A DNA stretch of 43,972 bases from Atractiella rhizophila (taxonomy: Eukaryota). This document shows, one piece after another, positions 11,445-23,505 of this stretch. The stretch spans positions 177,683 through 221,654 of the forward strand of contig MU271188.1 of assembly GCA_021432655.1 (NCBI GenBank), read 5' to 3'. The position numbers and the translations under genes were made by a program. Numbering within the stretch: position 1 is the stretch's first letter; every line of letters begins with the position of its first letter. Below the pieces are notes generated by a model. It did not search any database. It was not told the DNA's origin and was given only the letters and a program-made list of their open reading frames with translations.

Positions 11445-13221
11445 CGCAAACCATCCACCAAAGGCGAGGCGCGACTCCGGGTTCCTGCTCGTGCTCCCCA
11501 ACGCTCCTTCCCACTCCGATTGCCAGTCTCCCCAAGAAACAGCGCCGTCCGATTCCTCCCGTCCCTTCAGGCGTCGCTCTGCCTCCAGCGGTTCTCTTAG
11601 AAAGCTGAAAAAGAGAGATCTATTACGCGTTTGTCCCCTTTCTTGATTACCAACTCAACAGGAGTTAACCGCATGGTTATGGTCAAGACAGCTTCCTAGG
11701 CCAAAGTTCTACTTTCTACTCGTCGTTTCAGCAGTTCTAGACCTCGCCGTACAACTCGGATGCTTAATTTATTTTGCCACGAAAGGCGTGCCTGGAGACA
11801 GGAGAGAAGTAGGCTGGGGATTGGTGGGCTGGGGGATCGGGAGAGCGATATTGGTGGGACACACGGGTGCTTCGAGGAGGATTAGGGAGAGGGGTTGGGT
11901 GTTAGCAGGATGTGGACTGGTGAGTGCTCTTTTTCTCGTGAAATTATCGGCGCGCTGGAGAGGTACACCTGATGCTTCTGCATATCGCTGCGTTGAATAT
12001 TTGAACAAGGTGAAGTGGAGAGAATGCTCCTGGCGACTGTGTATCGGAAGACACAGTCTTCGAAGAGTGTGCTCTGCATGAGCAATGACCCCTACGGTCT
12101 GATGGAACAGTAGCAGACAGAATGGCAGAGAACTTTGGAGGCAAGCCTATCATTGCTCCTGGCTCGAAAGGGTTGATATAGCGAGCGGCTATTTTTTCTC
12201 TGCGTCGCGTCGCTGCAACACTCACTTGCTCCGATTATCAAGATGAACGTATTAACGAGCTAAAGCAAAAAGATATTAAATACAGAGCGTTGCCTGCGTC
12301 CCTCTCAAACTGCTTGTTTAAATGTTTGTCCGAACGCTGGCTCATAGATCGAAGTGACCGTGCAAGGCAGTTCCCTTTCTGTTTGAACTTGGTGTTCAAC
12401 TGTGCCTGAAATAATGTCAATATTATGGGTTCCCACACCCACAAGAGTGCCGTTCTTGGAAGGAGAGTTGACACCACCTTCGTGAAACCCAAAGGCGCTC
12501 GCAGGTGTTGTAGCTTGTACTCACGATTTCATCACAGGTCACCATTTTCCTCTCTCTTTACTTCTTCAACGTCCTTGTCCAAACACACCCTTCCCACCGT
12601 TCGCCCCTCCTCCTCCTCCTCCTTTTCTCCCTCCTCCTCTCCTTCATGCACTATCTCACATTCGCCATCTTCGTCGGCGTCTCTCGCGACCGGAATCCAT
12701 TCGCTGGACCGACGCTCGGACTTGATCCTAAAGCGTGGAAGAGGGGACATTGGAGGGAGGAAGACGTCAGGGGAGGGTGGGAGGTGCGAAACGTGAGGGA
12801 GAGAAGGATAGGGGATACTGTCGTCATTGAAGAAGAGGAAGAAGATGAGGATGGAGAACTATTCGACGAGCCAGTCGATGACGATGAGAGGGAAGATGAA
12901 ACCGGAGCTACCGAACGTTCCCCTCTGCTAGAAGGAGGACTGGGACATATGAGAGACATCTCGACGGAAGAGAGCGATAGCGAATCGGACCCTGATGAAA
13001 TCGTAGACATTCCAGAGCCATCGCCGATCAGCATCAAGCCTGCGAGAGAGGGAACGAGCACTTCTGCCGTTGGTAGTTTGGGGGAGAGCTTACGCAGTAA
13101 AAGGAGTCGGATCTCGCTGAGAGGTACTGGGAGGACGAGGGAAGAATCTAGAGAACGTACGACTAGTATTGTTGGGAGTCCGAAGAGGGAGAGAGGGTAT
13201 GGAAGCTTTGTTGGGATATGA
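11422..13221 (+). CDS. Hypothetical membrane protein (~4 TM segments, acidic/Ser-rich C-terminal tail)
   Basis: Exon 1 11422-11628; exon 2 ~11692-11919 (KFYFLLVVSAVLDLAVQLGCLIYF...GWVLAGCGL); 618-nt intron 11920-12537; exon 3 12538-13221 (VTIFLSLYFFNVLV...LLLLLLFSLLLSFMHYLTFAIFVGV...RGYGSFVGI*). Phases are consistent. Confidence 0.7.
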
Positions 13222-13476
13222 TCAATGGGAGTCTTCTGCACTACAATATTTTATGATGCACAGTTCCATATTGTAACCTAAGCCGCTCCAACCTCACCGA
13301 GGTCCCACGAGCCTCAGCTTCGTAAATCTTTCAAGATGAGAAGATGAGTTGCAGTGCAATTGCAGACAGTGATATTGTACAGCGTATGTGCTCTCTCTAA
13401 TTAGTGATACACACGGTGGACGGATCGAAGCACAGTGGAAGTTCCATGAAACAATAGCCCAAATATTGGGCCCTTA

Positions 13477-15797
13477 TTACTCCTTCTTTTCATCCTCCTT
13501 CACCTGACCCTTCTCCGGTGCGACTTCTTTAGCTTCCCCATCTTCGTAAGAAGGTAAAGCCTCATCGCTCTCTTCCTTCTCCTTGACATCCTTTGTGGTT
13601 GGAGTCGAGGGACCGCCCAAATCAGCACTGTTTCTAGTGGCGCTTCTTCCAGGCAGAGGAGGGGGGACGCTTCTCCTTTTTGGGACTGGTGGAGCAGCCG
13701 TGGTTGGAGTCTGCTCGAAAGTGGCCGAAGCAGGGCTTGCTGGAGGCATCTCAGGCTCCTGATCGAAAGCTTTGAGGTAATGCATCTGTTCCGACCCAGA
13801 GTCCTCAACGATGCTCCCGAATCGCTCGCGGCTGCTCTCAGAAGGCGGATAATCGCTTTCCGGCGTCTGGAGAGTGCTATCTTTCCGGAAAATCACCTCC
13901 ACATCTTCCGGGATCTTTTCTTGTTGTGAATAGAGAGAAGGCGAATGATTGCTCGAACCGCCCGAACGCTCCATGTTTACGTCCAACGATTGACGCGTCC
14001 GGTTGATCTCTGCTCCGTTCTCGATCCCAAATTCTCTCATCTTCTCCTCCATTTCCTGCCTAGCACGCCTATCATCTTCGTCCTCGTCTTCCTGAGGCAG
14101 TTTGCGTGGTGGACCATAAACCTGCTCCAGCATTTCTGCTGTAGAAACAGCTGCCGGTATGAGGTTTGTTGCCGTAGGTTTACCCTCGGAGAACAGGATG
14201 GTCTGGATGAGTGGTTCTGCCCAATATGGGGTGGGGACTTTGCCAGTCAGAATCTCTTCAGCTGTGACTGTACGGTTGTACGACCGGCTAGTCACTTGTT
14301 CAGTGTGATAAATGGAAGAAAGAGGAGGACGGACGCGTTTTCGTCGTTGCGCTCTATCATGATGTTTCCATCCATTTGAACTCCACCGTAGAGTCCCTTT
14401 GACTTGACGTAGCTCCATCTAAAGCATGTTAGACGGATCTCCGGTTCGAGGAGCAACATACACAGGACTTCGCTCGATACCACTCTCCAACATAGCACCC
14501 TGTCCCACTGGACCAGCACTGACACTTACTTCCCCTCCGATGGTTACTCGAGGCTTGATAAAGGTTTCCAAAGCCTTTTTCGTCCGAAGAATCAGGACAA
14601 CATCATACACCTGTTGACGGTTTCAAAACTACTCTTGCTGAAGAAAATGAGCACCCACATCGACACCAAAAATAAATCCAAAGCCAACGGTATGGAGTAA
14701 AATTCCAGATGGACCTCCCCAACTTCCATCCTCCCTCCTTGCGATGACAATACCCGCTCCTCCAGCTCCGGAGAGAACGAATCCTGAACGAAAGACAGTG
14801 AAAATGGCGAGACCTTGGGCATTTGCAATGGCGGACTGGGGTATGCGCTTTAACACCTTTTGCGTCTTCTTCTCGTCGGCTAGCGCTTGGGGACCGATTC
14901 CACCTGGATCTGCAAGAAATGTGAGCGCAGGTCAACAAGTGCAGGGCATCGTTTATTGCTAGAGAAAAATAAATAACCCTGGGCTACCGTGATCACAGTA
15001 TGTATCACAGGAGAGAAGTCGGTGAGTCAGGTGCAGTTATCTCTTAAGGTATTGCACTAGATTCAGAGGAATCTGGACAGTTACCTGTCGACGACAAGGG
15101 GAGCAGTATGCCAGATGTTAAATGCGAAACACTTCAACACCCAGTTGATAGACACGCAAACCGTCAATAGGATGACAGTAAGGTGTTAGCTATGGCGCAT
15201 GGGCTGCCAACTGCTTCCGACTTTTCTCTCCAGTAGAAGATCATCGAAATGACAGTGCAACCACACAACCACTTCTGGGAGCTGCGGTATGCGGCCGTCT
15301 CGGTCCTAGTCTAGAGCTCATCTTAATGCGAGCTGCAGTGCCGGTCTAGTTCATCTAAAAACACTTCGGCAACAAATGAAGGTCGTGCCTTTGCAAAATG
15401 GGGAGAGCACCATGACTGCTCAACGGATGACAGTGATGAATAACCATAAAGTAATATAGCACACTCATTGCGCATAGTTGCAACGGAAGAACGAATACGG
15501 CCACCAGCGTATCCGAGTCGCCAACAAACACATACCTGTAAATGTCCTCAAAATCCTGGCAGCCTTCTTTGATTCCTCCTCTAGATTAGTCGGATAGAAT
15601 GCCTCCATTCCGAGCTTCGCCGCTTGCTTATTTGACCAGAAGCCTACTTTATCAGACACCTTGTAAAGGCCATCCCAAGCAGACTTCCCGCCCGCCTTCG
15701 TTCTCTCCCAAAAGCTCTGGCCCGGCGTTGTTGTGAGGGAGCTCGTGGACTGACCTCGACTGTGAGAGACGTGTTTAGGAGGTGGTGGGAGTGCCAT
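13477..15797 (-). CDS. SYLF (Ysc84 actin-binding / DUF500) domain protein; no C-terminal SH3 seen
   Basis: YPTNLEEESKKAARILRTFT | KRIPQSAIANAQGLAIFTVFRSGFVLSGAGGAGIVIARREDGSWGGPSGI | YDVVLILRT..VTIGGEVSVSAGPVG | SYVKSKGLYGGVQMDGNIMIERNDEN. First intron is 14910-15535 (626 nt). The tail is Pro-rich. Confidence 0.88.
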
Positions 15798-16297
15798 TTG
15801 ATGATTTCAGGGTAAATGAAGGAAGTCTCGTTTTGGTTGTTTTTATGCAGTCGGGGATGACAGACCGAGCGCGGCTGTTTGCGGCGGTCGGTTATACCAA
15901 AGTTTGAAACAAACGCAATGCAACAAAGATACCCGCAGCACTGTCAATCGCTGAAGCTGCAAGGCAAAAAGGTTGCTTTCCTTAGAGCGAGCAGACTCCC
16001 CTTCTCTCTCGCCGCTCTGACCTTCTCTTCTACTCTCCTTCTCTCTTTTCCCTTCTTGCTGCCTGGGTCTCTTTTTGGATCTTTGTTCTAGACCACTGTC
16101 TTTATGGGTGTCTTGCTTATGACAAGACATCTGCGTGTATTGCAGAGAGTAATTTTAGCCATTCCAAAGCAAATTACAAAGAGTTTCCGCTGAAAAGCGA
16201 CGAGAAGAAGACCACTACGTGTTACGATGGTTTAGACAAAATGGTGATTAATCGCATTGAAATAATTTATAGTCTATCACCATACAGTACTCCTTTC

Positions 16298-19200
16298 TCA
16301 GAGCTCTCCAGATTCCTTCCAGAGCTTGTAGAAATATCCGTCCTCGTTCTCCAAAAGCTCTTTAGGAGCTCCAAATTCTACTAGCATTCCATTGTCCATC
16401 ACCGCGATTTTATCGTAGTCTATGATTGTGCGAATTCTGCAGAAAATGAGCTCAGAAAAATTGCAGGATCAAGATGACGAGCACAGACCTATGGGCAATT
16501 GTGAGCAAGGTGCAAGCACTGAAGTGCTTCCTGATCGCATGTTGTATATGGTCGTCGCTAACCCGGTCCAAGTTCGAAGTGGCCTATGCGCTACAGTGAA
16601 TAAATGCGCGATAAGGAGGATTAGAGACGAACCTCATCCAGCACCAGAATCTTGGCCTGTTGCAGGGAAGCACGGGCGAGACCAATCTGCTGTAATTGAC
16701 CAGCAGAAAAATTCTTCCCTCCGATATGCAACTCCTCGTCCAATTTATTTTCCAACTTTGAAACATATTCCTTGAGCCCAGCTAGCTCAAGAGCATTCCA
16801 AAGCTCCTCGTCCGTTCGATCTTCTACTGGCGAGAGGTTGCTACGAATCGTCCCTCCAAAGAGAGTAGCCGTCTGAGGAATAATACCAATGGTCGACCGC
16901 AGTTTGGCGAGGCCCAGTTCAGATATGTCCACATCATCGATCGTGATTTTACCAAATGTGGCTTCCATTAGTCGAAAGAGAGCCAGTGTCATCGTGGATT
17001 TACCTGAGCCGCTGTTCCAGCAGCCGTCAGTCCCTTGACACAGCCCATAAGAGACAACAGAGGTAGCTCACCTGCGTCCAACAATGGCAACACGTTCTCC
17101 ACCTTGAATAGTCATCGAAACATCCTTTAGCGCAAGTGGGAGGGTAGGTCGGTACTTGGTACAATATCCCTCGAATCGAACTTCTCCTCTCTGTGGCCAT
17201 TCTTTGGGAAGTTTCTTATCCAGATCCCTATCGAATGGCGGTTCTGCAGGTAGTTCTAGTTGTTCAAACTGTAGAAGGAGTGAGGAAGCTATAAAGGAGA
17301 GATAGAAAGAGAAGCCGCCTGAAAACTAACCACGCGTTCCACATGCACAGCATCGTTCTCGAGCGTCACGAACATGCCCGCTAAAGTCGCTAAAAGACGG
17401 GATGTACCAGATAAAGATGACATGGTGATACCTTGTCAAGCCTTTGAGTGGCAGTTGATCACTCAAAGATGGAAGGCACATACCGGCGAATGTCAACGAT
17501 ATGCTCTTGTGCAGGAGAACAATGAAAGCGGCTCCGCAAAAGACTGCCACAGCGCTCAAAACGTCCTTTCGATACACGATGCCGTCAGTGAGAGTTCCAA
17601 TGACCGCTTAAGGTAAAGTGCTCACCAGTCGATAGACCATATAGTAGCTCGAAGCAGTCTGCGCGTATTTCGCTCTCGCATTTCGATTGACACGGCGGTG
17701 AAACTCTTCCATGTAGCGATCTTCCAATTTCAATGCATGGATGCTACTTGTTCCCTGGAATGTTTCTGAGCAAATCGCATATAGAGGAGCGCGAGTGCGG
17801 CCAGCGTCTAATCGTCGTATCGACCTGAAAGTTCGAGTGAGCAAGCAAAATGGCTGTAACAATGTACTCACCGAGCGCTTGCCTGGATGTAGATAATGAT
17901 GAAAATATATATGGGAACCAGAACGACAAGAACCGCGAAGAAAAGGCCATGAGTTGAGATACCGGTGGAGCTAGAAAAGGATTAGCACTTGGCACCATTT
18001 GAGGAGCGTGAGCAAAAGCGTACCAAAACGTTACAATCGTGTTCGAAAGTACCATGCATAAAGCTGCCCAGAAGATACTGAATTGCTGGTCGCTGTGGTA
18101 ACAGTATCATCCCACGTATCAACTTTAGCAGAAAGAACATACACTTGTTTCTGATCAGAACCTAGCCGATTGATGAATCGAGAACTCGGAGTTGTATCGA
18201 AGAGCCATTGAGGACAGTGGAAGACTTTGGGTAAAACTTCTTCGAACATGCGCTGGACAGCCGTCTTCGCAAAGTAATTGACGACAATAATCCATCCCGG
18301 AGGACTACCAAGTGTGTTACGGAGGTAGCAAATATGCTAAAGCAACCATACCTCATTAATACTCCAAGAGCATAAAGCAGTCCCAGGATCCCCAAATAGT
18401 AGCTGATAGGATGTGGTGCCCCATCCACGTCATTCAGATAACCAGATAACCAAAACTGACCACCTAGTACCAATCATTACCAGGATCATGCGCCCTGAGT
18501 AAGCGACATACCTGACACAAATGCTGCTGAACCCACAAAGAAAAAGATCGCAAAAGTAAGCTGCCAGACCCCACTGCTTTCTAGTCAGCAACTGTGAAGG
18601 TTGCATATATGTTGGAGCTCACCCGTAAATCATGAATCGCTTGTAGGTACGCCATCCCACTCGTCCTAGCGTCAACGCCTCGTTCTCCGTCAGTATACCG
18701 GCAGCATCGGCATCTTGCTTCATCACCTAAGAAGCAGGCATGATGACATGTATGTCTGGGAGCGCTTAGTTCCATACCTCTCGATCTTCGGCCGCAAATC
18801 GTGCCTCCTTCTCATTTTTTTCTGCGGTATTTTGAGCGAACAGCTCTTTATATTCCTCAACAGATTGGAGCTGCTCATGACAGCCTGTTGAAAGCACAGT
18901 TCCTGCTTTTAAAACAACAGCACGATCGAGTTCGTGGAAGTGGTGTGCCGCATGGGTGACCAATATGCGTGTACATCCTAGCTTTTCCAGGAGTGCATCT
19001 GGACCCTTGATTACTCTTTCGAAAAGGCGCGCGTCCGTATCGGCATCCACCGCACCTTTGTCGTACGGGTCAGTGGGCATAGGTAGGAATGAGTGCTCTC
19101 ACTCAAAATATCATCCATGATAACCAAATTGAATGATCCCATGCATGCTGCATAGCACATTCTTGCCAAACCCAGCCTCGCTTTTTGGCCGCCGCTGAGA

Positions 19201-22200
19201 TTCAGACCTAAGTCATTGCGAATTGTCATCACCCATCGCCCTCCCGCAAGAATGTTGACGCACCTTTCTCTCCCACTTCTGCGCTCAGTCCTCCTGGTAT
19301 CATCGCGAGGTCCATCTCTAAGCAGCAAGCCCTAATGACTTGGTCGAGAATGGCTTGATCGTGTTGAAGCCCAAATGTAATGTTCGATTGAATGGAGGCA
19401 GAAATGATGAACGGAGTCTGAGGGCAGTATCCAATTGGCATTCTCGAGCGCCAGAATAATCCATCTTCAGGGAACATGTTCCCAAGAAGAGCAGCAACGA
19501 AGGAAGATTTACCTGCCCATTTGTTCTCATCATTCAGTCGTGACTTATAGCGAATAAATGGAGCACACGCACCGCTTCCGGTCCTGCCCAGAACACCTAG
19601 CAGCTCTCCTTCCTGGAGATGGAGCGAGACATCTTTCAGCTTGAATACGCTGCCGCTGGTCGATCGATCAGTCTCATTTTCACTCTTATCAGCGTCGGTG
19701 TTGACTTCTCCTGGCTTAACCCAAGCAAAAGTGGCATGTTCAAAACCCGGCAACCTAGCGTGCCCTTGTTTCTCATCCGATCGGCGAGAGCTCGAACCAT
19801 CAAAAGTCGTGGTTGAGGACGCTGTCATGTTGGTTAAAGGGTTGACGAGCTCTTCCGCAGCTAAATAAGCAGCGATTCGACGGACGGCGACAACTCCTCC
19901 TGACACCCACTGCGGCGCGTGAGCCGACGAAGCAGAGGAGGATGAGGACGAACATCGATTTGAATGCCCAGCTCGTCTGCGTTTTCTATTAACTTAGTCG
20001 AGAGATAGAAGAAAGGCGCACCAATAGAAGCCTGGATAAGTTGGATTGCGTTTAGGGAGACGAAAACTATAACATGCATGAGCTGCTGTCGCGAAACTGA
20101 GCAGCTCACCTTTTTGAGCGTCAAGCCCGCCTTGAGTTGCGGCATAGACAGAGAACATGATAATCTGACCAAATGAACTCGATGCTTCGCTGGTTGTGAA
20201 CATGATAGACGCTCCTGCTGCAAGGAGGGGAAAGGCGTCTATCTGTTTCTTCCTCCAGTCCATAATTTTGGCCATCATTGGTCGCTCCCATGCGTTGAAC
20301 TAATGGACCGTTAGTTAACAATCTACACGACAGAGATAATATCGGCTTACCTTGATGGACTGAATTCCGTGTATGCACTCCTCAATGACAGAATTCATCT
20401 TGTCAGAGGATTTCAGCATCTGATTGAAGCTTCTCATGAAAAAAAATGCAGCCGGGGGCGTCTAGCCGTCACTGTGAGACCTGACGGGAGGGAACCACCA
20501 GAAAGCCGTACGAATATACAAAAGTTGAGAACGACCCATCCGCAACCTTCAAAAGCTGAGCTTTGGAACTACAGGTAAATAACAAACTCACCCAAGAAAG
20601 TCACCCATCCGAGTTGCTACAATCAGCGCGTCAATGCTGTCAGTTTCTTTACTTCAGGTGGAATTTACCTGATAGATGATGTAGTATCCAAGGGCAAGCT
20701 GAGGAATTACTGAGAGCAAAATCGGCAGATTGTTTCCCCATTCTGACATGTCCTAGTAAATATCTTGTGACCATCAACGAAGAGTTCTTACCATCGATGA
20801 AGCGTTCAGCATCGACGATGATATGGTTACACAAATCTCCCACAGACCTCTTCCCGAACTCCGCTGGTGACAGTCTGAAGCTCTTGCGATAAACGGCGCC
20901 CATAATCCCGATGCGCATTTGCATGAGCGTTGGCAACATGTACGATATGCTCGCACTGGACAAATATAAATCCTCATGTTATGCCTCTCAACGGGGAAAC
21001 GTACTGGAGAATCGATGTTTGCACGATCAAAACGCCGAGATATCCAACGGCAAGCTCCCATCCCACCAACTTGTATCAGCTGAACGATGGGAAATCTGAG
21101 CAGAGAACATACCTCTGCTCTGCTCTCCGCCGTCAAGTCCTAGCTTCGACTTTGCTAAATAGTCCAAGAGGGAATTCAGAATTTCAGGAGTAGCCCAAAT
21201 CAACAGCGAGGACGAGGTGCCAATGACCACAGGGGGAAAGAGCTCCCACCCATGTAACCTCAGCAAATGACGGACCAAAGAAGGTTTGACGCCCTTTTTC
21301 TCTGCCCTCCTCAATTCCTTGGCCCAGAATCTCTCCCACCTCTCTGTTACCCTTTCGGAAGCGAGTGAGACGGGCACATCATCCAAGTCACTTTCCGAAA
21401 ACTCGACCTTCTGACGGTGAAGTCGCCATCCTCGAGTGAAAGTCGGTTGGAGGTAATGGAACGTGAGACGGGAAAGCAGGGGAGCGAGATCCAGTGTAGA
21501 GAGACCCAACTGCTTGGCTTTCGCATGCGAGAGGCGGGGAAAACCTTCAAAGAAAGCGTAAAGGACAACGAGGCAAGTGAGGAGGATAGCCAAAGCTGCC
21601 TGTGCACTTGACGGATGGATGGTGGACAAGGTACGTGCTGAGATGGCTAAAACAAAGGCGGAGGTATACGCATACACCTTTAGAGTATTATCAGAGACAC
21701 TCTAAGTTGTAGAAAATCAAAGGTACCTGTAGTGTAGCACAAGGGACGAAAGTCCAGTAATGCATCTTTGTCATAGGCCAACATGAAGCAAAGAGTCCGA
21801 AAGCAGTGATGGCATAGCCTGCACTAGTTGCAGCCTCGACAGGTCCATCGAATGGCGTTGCCAGGATGACGGCGACAATCCCACTGGTGAGGAGAAGCCC
21901 CAGTTTCGCAATAAAGAGGAAATGGTTCCTCCAGCCTTGCACCCGAACCAACTGCACCTCCTTCTCTTCGTCCCGCTTTAAACCAGCCGAATTCCCTCCC
22001 AAATATGAGACTGCTTGTTTATCGGCCAGATGGGTGGAGAGCTGATGGTTGTAGAGTGTGTGGTAGGCATTTTGGGAGGAGGTACGAAAGAGTGGAAGAT
22101 ATGAAAGACCAATGAGCAGGAGAATGGGAGGTATTGGCAGCAGGACGCTCCCTTCGAAGATGAGAGTAAAATCTGTTCGGCGAGTTGACGATATTGGTCC

Positions 22201-22296
22201 GAATCCATCATCACCAATGGAGCTTGCAATGTTCGAAAGTCTAAATGATGCGGCCGAAGAGAGCAAGGCGTCCCAGATGGAAGGCAGCCCTAACAT
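16298..22296 (-). CDS. ABCC/MRP-type ABC transporter (TMD0-TMD1-NBD1-TMD2-NBD2)
   Basis: N-terminal DDGFGP...DFTLIFE; LLSRLTFHYL; NBD1 GRTGS|GKSS, LSGGQKARL, MDDILS|AVD; FDTTPSSRFINR; NBD2 GRSGSGKST, IIPQ, NFSAGQ, ILVLDE; stop TGA 16298-16300. Many introns; not every junction in TMD1 was resolved. Confidence 0.92.
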
Positions 22297-23045
22297 CGTG
22301 ATCTGTTTCTGAGGAACCCCAGGAACTTGAAGGCGATCAGCAGGTACTCAGCCGTGTTATATGTTCGGATTGAAAGTCCGTCGGAGGATGACGCGCCATT
22401 TCACGGCTCACCTCTCCCAGTCCTCCTCCGCAAAGCCGTCAAATTGCTACAAATGCTCCAATGCCTTTCAACAATAGCACTGACGTGGACATGGGGATTA
22501 CTCGAGGATTGCTGCGCTCTGTCACTCTGTGACCACTGTGCCGCAGATCGAGAAGCAGCACAATCTAACTGAGCCGCGAGTGTTGCGACTGGGAAGGCGG
22601 AAGGAACACTCAGATACTCACAAATTGCTGCCTTTAAGCCTCTTTCTTGCCTTTTCCCCTCCTTCTAAATCAGAAAACTGTGCAAGCACTTTCAGTGTTC
22701 TTTCCAAGTTGTTTAATATGTGCAAGCGAGGTCAAGCAAAAGTTGTTGTCGGATTCTCGCAAGTGTGATTCATGGTGAGGGTCCCGATTCCTGTGAGAGT
22801 GGTACCGCCCGCTGGGAAGCTAACACTTCAACCCAGAGAGAGGGGAACGTCAGATCGCGCGGTCAGACTTGGTCAGATAGACTATAACATGCAGAGATGT
22901 GTAGTAACGAAATGATGCAAAGCTTGCAAATCCCATGCACTATTACGCCGTTCCCTCAAAGTCCAAAATGTGTTTGTAATCCATTATCCCTAATATAACT
23001 CTCATATCCCTTTCCCCCAAACCCGATGGTGTCTAGGCAGATAAT

Positions 23046-23505
23046 TCAAGGATCATGACAGAGCACAGCTTGTCCAGCCTATTGTTATTCCACGTCAACT
23101 CATCCATCAGCCAAAGAGCAGAAAATAAGACATACGACAGGCAAAGTACAGCACTTAGCTTGCTGCCCAACCTTACTGCACGTCTGCTGGAAGTTGGCTT
23201 TCGAAGTGGGTGAATCATGAGCTAGAAATCCGCGCAATCGTCAATGCTCATTTTGATCGTGAAAGATGTAGAAGACGAACGGCTATGGCAGTCCAGATCG
23301 GCCACTCCCAAAACGTCGACAGCACAGCATTGGGGGACACCATGTGCACACTCGTAGTGCGGCGCTCCATCGCAATCCTTCTTGTCAAGGCGGCTAGGAG
23401 AAGCAGCCACTAATATCCAACTTGGTAAGTGATTAATGGCTGGAGGTGATAAAACGTACCCAGCGTGGCGACGAGAAAGCTCGAGACGAGAACGAGGAGT
23501 TGCAT
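23046..23505 (-). CDS. Class II hydrophobin (cerato-ulmin/HFB-like), 97 aa, 4 exons
   Basis: Exons 23505-23460, 23409-23281, 23221-23136 and 23078-23046 (GT-AG introns of 50, 59 and 57 nt) give MQLLVLVSSFLVATLVAASPSRLDKKDCDGAPHYECAHGVPQCCAVDVLGVADLDCHSPHDSPTSKANFQQTCSKVGQQAKCCTLPVAGQAVLCHDP*. Spacing is C-x6-CC-x11-C-x16-C-x8-CC-x10-C. Confidence 0.93.

Noticed and set aside
11629..11661. Ultra-short 33-nt intron
   Set aside because: An in-frame acceptor at 11691 gives a normal 63-nt intron with a plausible branch site, so the short form is not needed.
11920..15535. TPP riboswitch, spliceosomal snRNA, RNase P/MRP, telomerase RNA or hammerhead ribozyme in the two long introns
   Set aside because: I found no convincing consensus by eye (no complete TPP core, CUGANGA/GAAA pair, canonical C/D boxes or full telomeric template). 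The introns are left as unassigned candidates pending a covariance-model search.
22849..22878. Three GTCAGA hexamers upstream of the ABC transporter
   Set aside because: Too short to distinguish from chance without comparative data.
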